DNA from: an uncultured virus (IMG/VR IMGVR_UViG_2788500061_000001)
Taxonomy: Duplodnaviria; Heunggongvirae; Uroviricota; Caudoviricetes
Direction: 5' to 3' (one strand)
Virus record (IMG/VR): IMGVR_UViG_2788500061_000001
Length of the DNA stretch: 64,000 bases
Positions 58,501-64,000 of the stretch are shown in pieces. A program made the position numbers and the translations under genes. The notes beneath the pieces are model-generated. The model was not told the DNA's origin. It saw only the letters and a program-made list of their open reading frames with translations, and made no database searches. The first letter of the stretch is position 1. Each line of letters starts with the position of its first letter.

Positions 58501-60132
58501 TCAGCCCCAGTCCCCTTCCGGGGCATTCTCTTCCTTGGAAGGGTCATAGTCCTCGAAATCGAATTCCTGTTGCTCCGAGGCTTCTGGCGGCATCCCCATG
58601 TCGCCCTCTGCGCCACCGGCAAGATTCTGCACAAGCTGAGCTCCAGATTGAATCCAGTTTGTATCCATGACGACGGCCCCGGCGTACTTGACCTGTTCGA
58701 ATTTATCGTCTGGTAGCCCGTAAATCTTCCGGAGCGCCTCTCCCACTGTCGGCATATCCCGTCGGGTCCGAACTTCATCCATCAGCTCGATGGACTTGAC
58801 CAGCTTTTCGTCCCTTTCCAGGCGCTTATCTTCATCTTCCTTCTCAACTCCATTGAAAACGAAAACCAGTGGTTCATACTTGTCGACGGTCTCCTTGATA
58901 TCGTTGCATACGTCTGCAAAATAGGATAGCATCGATTTCTTTGCCCTGGTCATTGCGGCATCTATCCGCCCATCCATGGATCCTTCAGACAGTCCCTGGC
59001 TTCCCATCAAGCGCAGGCCAAGCTCAGCCTGATCCATTCCATGGGCGGCCAGAGTAAAGGTGGTGACCCATTGCATCAGCTTTTCGAAGGCCATGTCGCT
59101 CAGGGTATTGAGGTTGGTGAACTTGAGATCCTGGGCCTCGGACGTAATCAAGGGGATCCGGTGATTGTTATTGTTCCCCGAGAACATGTTCTCCCATTGC
59201 ACCTGGAGATCATCGAGGACTTCCTGAGGCATATTCCCAGGAAGGTAGAGAAACCCTGGAGGCGGATTATTGGAGAACCGATCCCGATTAAACTTCAGGG
59301 CATTCATTGTGGCGATGATTTCCATTACGGAAACCTCTGCAGGAGAGAGCCCCGAGTTTCGGTACCGGACATCGCTCAACTCATTTTGGTGCCGCACAAT
59401 GATCTCTTCATCTGTGAAGGTTTCGACCACTGTATTGTTCACGATCTGCACCCACCGGGTCCGTGGGTCATTCTTGTATCCGGACTCAATTGTGGGGTAG
59501 ATAGTTGCGGGATCCAGATATTTGACTTCGACAACCTGACCCCTCCGATTCCGGACCAGATAGAAAGCCACACTGTCAATGGCTAAAGTGTCCCGGATCA
59601 TGAACTGGAAGACTGCATGAAAGCGATCCCGGTTCTGCCAGCCCTCCACCTTGTCGCCCATGAACTCAAAGAATTTCCTGGCATCCCGGATTAGCTCCTT
59701 GTCCCCATCCCCCGGTGATTTGTCCGGATCTTCCAGGTCGAAATCGAATCCCTCCTTCTCTCGGAAGGGCCGACCGAATTGGCCCAGGTCATCGATTCGA
59801 ACCTTGTGGATGGCGCCGACCAGAGTATTGGAATAGGATAGTTTCCGGAGGTCATTGAAAGAGGGGCGGTCAGGATTGCGGAGCCGGATTCCCTGGTTGA
59901 TCAGGCTTTGCTCTTCGGATGTAAAGACCGGCTTTTTCTCTTCCTGCTCCCTGGATTGGACACCGTGGAACATGGACTTGGCCAGGGCGTACATTCTGGA
60001 GTCCTTGAATTCCCGGATATCCTCCCGGGCGCGCTGAGCCTGCGACTGTCGATTCCGGGCAGCCCGGAGTCTCTTCTGGAGGTTCTTTTCGTAGTTCGGG
60101 CCTCTGGGTCGACCGGGCTTTCCGTTTGCCAT
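58501..60132 (-). CDS. Portal protein
   Basis: 543 aa; YLDPATI, GLSPAE, FSNNPPPGFLY, QWENMFSG...RIPLI, DMAFEK. Confidence 0.92.
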   Translation of the reverse strand: MANGKPGRPRGPNYEKNLQKRLRAARNRQSQAQRAREDIREFKDSRMYALAKSMFHGVQSREQEEKKPVFTSEEQSLINQGIRLRNPDRPSFNDLRKLSYSNTLVGAIHKVRIDDLGQFGRPFREKEGFDFDLEDPDKSPGDGDKELIRDARKFFEFMGDKVEGWQNRDRFHAVFQFMIRDTLAIDSVAFYLVRNRRGQVVEVKYLDPATIYPTIESGYKNDPRTRWVQIVNNTVVETFTDEEIIVRHQNELSDVRYRNSGLSPAEVSVMEIIATMNALKFNRDRFSNNPPPGFLYLPGNMPQEVLDDLQVQWENMFSGNNNNHRIPLITSEAQDLKFTNLNTLSDMAFEKLMQWVTTFTLAAHGMDQAELGLRLMGSQGLSEGSMDGRIDAAMTRAKKSMLSYFADVCNDIKETVDKYEPLVFVFNGVEKEDEDKRLERDEKLVKSIELMDEVRTRRDMPTVGEALRKIYGLPDDKFEQVKYAGAVVMDTNWIQSGAQLVQNLAGGAEGDMGMPPEASEQQEFDFEDYDPSKEENAPEGDWG

Positions 60133-60139
60133 GGCTCGA

Positions 60140-60164
60140 ACAGTAGCAGAATGCAGGGCATCGG
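60140..60164 (-). promoter_or_regulatory. Putative late promoter (portal)
   Basis: CCGAT-N14-TACTGT-N7-ATG(60132). Confidence 0.65.
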
Positions 60165-60233
60165 AGAAGCGACGGAGGGTTTTTACCGGGTTTTTCCAGG
60201 TTTTTTCCGGGGAAAAATATCTGAAAAATCTGA

Positions 60234-60258
60234 CCGATTGCCCGTGGACTGCTATGGT
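60234..60258 (+). promoter_or_regulatory. Putative late promoter
   Basis: CCGAT-N14-TATGGT-N6-ATG(60265). Confidence 0.7.
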
Positions 60259-60264
60259 CCGGAC

Positions 60265-60546
60265 ATGCGCAAGACCCTACCCAATATCGCAGACATCGAA
60301 CGGAAATCATTGGAGAACCACTTCTCCCTGCCCCCTGGGGACGCCCTGTTTCAGGATCCGAAAAAGGTATTTATTGTCACCGCAATCGAAGCAGGGGCCG
60401 GGTGGACGCTTACCTATGACTGCATCAGCGGAAAAAGTGCAACTCGATCCGGGAGCGGGAACAGGGAGTTCCACCACCCGGTCACCGCCGCGCACTTCAC
60501 AGACACAACCGGCGTGGACCGGATTGTAGGATTCTACCTGGGTTGA
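60265..60546 (+). CDS. Small late protein
   Basis: MRKTLPNIADIERKS...; start fixed by promoter motif spacing. Confidence 0.65.
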   Translation: MRKTLPNIADIERKSLENHFSLPPGDALFQDPKKVFIVTAIEAGAGWTLTYDCISGKSATRSGSGNREFHHPVTAAHFTDTTGVDRIVGFYLG

Positions 60547-60559
60547 ATCCCCGCATTGC

Positions 60560-60584
60560 CCGAAATCATAGCGCTCGATAGGAT
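60560..60584 (+). promoter_or_regulatory. Putative late promoter
   Basis: TTGC-CCGAA-N14-TAGGAT-N5-ATG(60590). Confidence 0.7.
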
Positions 60585-60589
60585 TGGAT

Positions 60590-61480
60590 ATGGCTAACTG
60601 GCAGGGAGAATTCAACGATCAGTCCCAGGACTATGAGTACCGGGATCTGGGGATGCGCCTGTCACCGGGAGAGTATCCCCCTCCCCGCTGGGGCTGCCTC
60701 CTGCATCCCGACGAACTCCGAAGGGTCATTTTCGTTGGAAACAGCCTGCTCGTAACGGTAAACGGGGAACAGCTCACCAACTACCAGCTGAAGAACTGGC
60801 TGGACCATAATGTTCGGGTTCTCCAGGAAAGACTCCAGTTCGATATCTACCCCCGCCTCTGGAGATCCAGGCCGGTTCGCAACATCAATCATCGGGAGAT
60901 CGAGCCCTATGCCGAATGGGACGATTTCTATATGTTCGACGGCAATCAGCACGATAAGAACTTCTTTGTGAAGCTCCGGCGCCGTCCTCTGGCCAGGCTT
61001 CACAACTGGGAAGTGAAGAGTCCTTTCACCGGAGAAACGCTGATCAATCTGACAGACTATGCCCTCATCAATTACCGCCGGGGAACCATGAGAGCCGCTC
61101 TCTTTAACACCGGATCCTATGCCGGATACAGCGGGATGCCCATTGCCCAATGGCGGTTCGGAACCGGACGGCATGCAGCCGCGCATTTCATCGATTACAC
61201 AACGGGCTATGATCACGCGGATCGGGTTCCCCGAGAACTCAAAGAGGTACTGATCAACCGCATGACCATCGATGTAATGAGCGCCTACGGGGATGGGATC
61301 GTCGGTGGCCTGGCCAATTCCAGTGTTTCTGTCGGCTCGCTATCTGAATCCATCGGTACCACCATGTCCGCAACCAGCGCCTACTATGGTGCCCGGATTG
61401 CCGAAAAGCAGAAGTGGGAGGAAAACTGGTTCAAGACTCGCGCCCACGCCTACTCTGGAGTCGGTTTCAAAGTCCTCTGA
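60590..61480 (+). CDS. Head-tail adaptor/neck protein
   Basis: IDYTTGY...VPRELKE...GLANSSVSVGSLSESI...YGARI. Confidence 0.7.
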   Translation: MANWQGEFNDQSQDYEYRDLGMRLSPGEYPPPRWGCLLHPDELRRVIFVGNSLLVTVNGEQLTNYQLKNWLDHNVRVLQERLQFDIYPRLWRSRPVRNINHREIEPYAEWDDFYMFDGNQHDKNFFVKLRRRPLARLHNWEVKSPFTGETLINLTDYALINYRRGTMRAALFNTGSYAGYSGMPIAQWRFGTGRHAAAHFIDYTTGYDHADRVPRELKEVLINRMTIDVMSAYGDGIVGGLANSSVSVGSLSESIGTTMSATSAYYGARIAEKQKWEENWFKTRAHAYSGVGFKVL

Positions 61481-61486
61481 CGTTGC

Positions 61487-61511
61487 CCGATACACCGTTC
61501 CCTGCAATGGT
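61487..61511 (+). promoter_or_regulatory. Putative late promoter (lysis)
   Basis: TTGC-CCGAT-N14-AATGGT-N5-ATG(61517). Confidence 0.7.
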
Positions 61512-61516
61512 GAAGC

Positions 61517-62086
61517 ATGCCCGCAGCAGGCCTCCCATTAAACTTCGCCGGATTGCTCCCGGAAGCCTCCTGGATTTTCTGGACTACGCTGATTACAGCC
61601 TTTGCAACAGGCTTCTGGAGATTATCCATCTGGGGAGCCCTCCGAAAGACTGAAAAAGAAATCCTTCCGAAAGTAGAGAAGGTCAGGACCGACCTTGCAG
61701 ACAAGATCACGGAGTCCGAAGACCGGACGGAAAAGCGCATCAACAACCTCGAAGAGCATAGCTCAGCGTCCGTAAAGGAACTGAACGATAAACGTGAACG
61801 CCTTGAGCGTGAACTGGAAACGCGCCTCGATAGCATGCGCGAACACTCCCTGAACCTCCACCATTCCCTGGAAATCGACAACGCAAAACTCCGTCAGCAG
61901 ATGGAGGGCCTTCAAAGCTATTCCAATCAAATCATGGGCCGCATCGATGAAGTCGAGCGCCGTATGGAGGACCGGGTCGGTCGTTCTGAAAAGGCCATAC
62001 TCCAGAAACTGGAAGATGACCAGAAGCATTTCCACGACGGCCTTTCGGAGCTAAAGAAAGAGATCAGATCCTGGAGGAACCAATGA
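61517..62086 (+). CDS. TM plus coiled-coil lysis-cassette protein
   Basis: N-terminal TM, long heptad region; first gene of lysis unit. Confidence 0.65.
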   Translation: MPAAGLPLNFAGLLPEASWIFWTTLITAFATGFWRLSIWGALRKTEKEILPKVEKVRTDLADKITESEDRTEKRINNLEEHSSASVKELNDKRERLERELETRLDSMREHSLNLHHSLEIDNAKLRQQMEGLQSYSNQIMGRIDEVERRMEDRVGRSEKAILQKLEDDQKHFHDGLSELKKEIRSWRNQ

Positions 62087-62298
62087 GCATCGGAATGAAA
62101 CTACTGGCAGACCTGGTCGCAAGCCGGTTTGGCCCCTATATCATCATCTTCGCACTACTTCTTCTCATAGTGGGCGGCTGGTGCGGATACGCCTGCGCGT
62201 CTCAAGCAATCAATTCTCCGGAGGAACCAAATGAAGTTCAGGATGCTATCATCCCTGCTCCTGGCGACTATGATCGTCTTAAACTGCCAGAGCAGTGA
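62083..62298 (+). CDS. Small TM protein (i-spanin-like)
   Basis: Single TM; overlapped by the following lipoprotein gene. Confidence 0.5.
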   Translation: MSIGMKLLADLVASRFGPYIIIFALLLLIVGGWCGYACASQAINSPEEPNEVQDAIIPAPGDYDRLKLPEQ

Positions 62299-62596
62299 AA
62301 ATCAGATTCGGGAAACCAGGGACTCCTATTGCTCGGACATTCAGATCCCCGATGCAGCCAGGGTCCGGCCAGGGCAACGGCTGCAGAACTCCCATTACAA
62401 TGCCCTGGTAGATCACTGCGCCGATCTGGCCCGGTGCCTCCGGTACGAGCAATGCGTAAGAAAGATCACTGAATGGGAGCGCGACTGCCAGACCGAAAGA
62501 GTCCGCGCCCTGGAAGACCAATGGCTCCCCGGAGCCTTCACCCCCCGCTTTAAGTGCGGGATCCCAAAACCGCTCTGCGGACTGGAGGAAGACTGA
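62231..62596 (+). CDS. Cys-rich lipoprotein (o-spanin-like)
   Basis: Lipobox IVLNC; GAGG SD; lysis context. Confidence 0.6.
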   Translation: MKFRMLSSLLLATMIVLNCQSSENQIRETRDSYCSDIQIPDAARVRPGQRLQNSHYNALVDHCADLARCLRYEQCVRKITEWERDCQTERVRALEDQWLPGAFTPRFKCGIPKPLCGLEED

Positions 62597-62898
62597 TGGT
62601 AGAACAAACCCTGATACAACAAATCCTGAACCTGATCGACCTGAAAGCAGTGATCGGTATAGTCCTGATCTGCTACTGGCTATTTGACCACTCCCCGAAG
62701 ATCATCCGGAAGAACTTCCGTTATCCCGGTGCGAAGACCTACGGTACCATGATTGTAGCGGTCATTGTGTCCGTGGCTTCCTACTGGATCGATCCTTCCC
62801 GCCCGGAGGCCAATGTTATGGCCTACTTCCTGGCTACGAGCTTCTACGAAGCCATCATCAAGCGAATCAAAGCCAATTTCCAGGGACCAGAAGTATGA
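62596..62898 (+). CDS. Holin-like membrane protein
   Basis: 2-3 hydrophobic segments; directly before the amidase. Confidence 0.65.
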   Translation: MVEQTLIQQILNLIDLKAVIGIVLICYWLFDHSPKIIRKNFRYPGAKTYGTMIVAVIVSVASYWIDPSRPEANVMAYFLATSFYEAIIKRIKANFQGPEV

Positions 62899-63674
62899 GC
62901 CAGTCGGTACTGAGCAGAGCGGCAGAGGTCGCCGTGGAGACAATCACGGAAACGCTCCACAAGCAATGGAAAGAATCCATCGTGGAGATGCCCTGGGATG
63001 AGCGGGCCTACTACCAGGAACAATATCCTAAGGACCAGCTATTCCTCCATCACACGGATGGTCGAACTTCGGCCGCCGCCAGTGCCCGCTACCTGGAAGG
63101 ATCCTCTATCAAGACCCGGGTAAGCGGGGATAGCCGGGGGCAGCACTATTCCGTCGGGGTACCATGGTGGGTGGACCGGGATGGCACGACAATCAGGACA
63201 TTCGATGACCGATGCTGGGCACACCACAACGGCACGGGGCGCAGAGGAGCCCGAAGGTCCATTGCCATCGAGCTGGAGAATCTGGGCTTCATCAATGAGC
63301 GCGGAGGTAACTTCTACAATCGATACGGGGAAGAGATCGCAGAGGAACAGTATCCCATCCATGAGCATCCAGAACCCTGGAGAGGAAGCCGCTTCTATGA
63401 AGCCTACACGGATGCCCAGGTGGACAGCCTGATTCTCTTGATAGATGATATCTTGCGGCGGCATCCAGGGATCCCCCGAAGAATCCCGCAGAACTTCTTT
63501 CCGGAAGTTCCCCTCACCCGCACCCAGCTCGCCCGCTTCAAGGGGATTCTGGCTCACACATTCACGGTCGGATACATTCCGAAACGCTACGCCAAATATG
63601 ATGTGAGCATTGCCCTTCGGCCGCATATGGATCGAATATGCAGGGCACTGAAGCTGCAACGAGTGAGGATCTAA
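62895..63674 (+). CDS. Endolysin, N-acetylmuramoyl-L-alanine amidase (Amidase_2)
   Basis: LFLHHT, WAHH, SIAIELEN, YTDAQVDSL, ILAH...KYD. Confidence 0.88.
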   Translation: MSQSVLSRAAEVAVETITETLHKQWKESIVEMPWDERAYYQEQYPKDQLFLHHTDGRTSAAASARYLEGSSIKTRVSGDSRGQHYSVGVPWWVDRDGTTIRTFDDRCWAHHNGTGRRGARRSIAIELENLGFINERGGNFYNRYGEEIAEEQYPIHEHPEPWRGSRFYEAYTDAQVDSLILLIDDILRRHPGIPRRIPQNFFPEVPLTRTQLARFKGILAHTFTVGYIPKRYAKYDVSIALRPHMDRICRALKLQRVRI

Positions 63675-63736
63675 ACAATACCCCACATCCGTTTAGCCTT
63701 GCACCACCCTGAGGCGATCCGATCCCGAGAAACGGA

Positions 63737-63765
63737 TTGACATTTTCCGCCCTGGACAATATAAT
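63737..63765 (+). promoter_or_regulatory. Consensus sigma70 promoter
   Basis: TTGACA-17 nt-TATAAT, exact consensus. Confidence 0.85.
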
Positions 63766-63771
63766 AGTGGT

Positions 63772-63817
63772 GAACCACTGAAAGCGCGAATGCGCTGTAG
63801 GTGGTGTTTCTTTATTT
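63772..63817 (+). ncRNA. Candidate small structured RNA convergent with DUF3800-like gene
   Basis: ACCAC-UGAA-AGCGC-GAAU-GCGCU-GUAG-GUGGU then a U-rich tract, directly after the promoter. Confidence 0.55.
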
Positions 63818-64000
63818 GGGGTAGACTACAATTCCAAACCGATCCGTTTTCGATGCCTTTAGGTTCAATACCGGCTCGAGCCTCCTCAACCACCGATCCA
63901 ATCGTGCAGAGTTGACCAAAGGAGGGATTCTTCCAGCCAAATTACCAACTCCCAATTGCAAAAGCTTATGCATATAAACAATGTAGGCCGCGCAATCGCA
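63812..64000 (-). CDS. 3' end of a DUF3800-like (RNase H-fold) protein, 5' truncated
   Basis: Hand translated CDCAAYIVY...RLEPVLNLKASKTDRFGIVVYPK*, resembling DUF3800 C-termini. Confidence 0.6.
   Translation of the reverse strand, partial: CDCAAYIVYMHKLLQLGVGNLAGRIPPLVNSARLDRWLRRLEPVLNLKASKTDRFGIVVYPK

Noticed and set aside
1..64000. tRNA, rRNA, IS elements, integrase, firm host assignment
   Set aside because: None recognisable by eye. Some features recall Leptospiraceae phages, but that cannot be supported without a search.

Overview
The whole window is part of a temperate, contractile-tailed (myovirus-type) phage genome of roughly 55% GC (by eye). Identifiable modules: terminase, portal, prohead protease/scaffold/major capsid, split MuF, sheath/tube/chaperone/tape measure, baseplate, tail fibres, lysis, a cI/cro-type switch with palindromic operators, and an early operon (antirepressor, RecT-like SSAP, exonuclease, HTH replication protein, two DNA methyltransferases, ParB-HTH). 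Structural genes are scattered in short units on both strands. About 17 of these units are preceded by one motif, CCGAW-N14/15-(-10 hexamer)-N5-8-start, with no Shine-Dalgarno, suggesting a leaderless late regulon. No integrase is visible, but a dif-like XerCD site and two ParB domains suggest a phage-plasmid or Xer-integrating lifestyle. Most notable observations: (1) a putative capsid-cargo cluster (ParB-DarB, zeta toxin, coiled-coil protein) sharing a 23-aa basic tag and hydrophobic-x-K(S/A) sites like those in the head proteins; (2) a cas-less type I-E mini-CRISPR (repeat, 32-nt spacer, degenerate repeat); (3) a textbook -1 frameshift adding a 10-Cys domain to a tail protein; (4) an unannotated 54-aa ORF resembling the repressor C-terminus; (5) a C5-methyltransferase with motif IX in a nested reading frame; (6) several toxin/defence-like morons, including a DUF3800-like gene facing a promoter-driven small RNA. 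All family assignments come from motifs recognised by eye; no searches were run.
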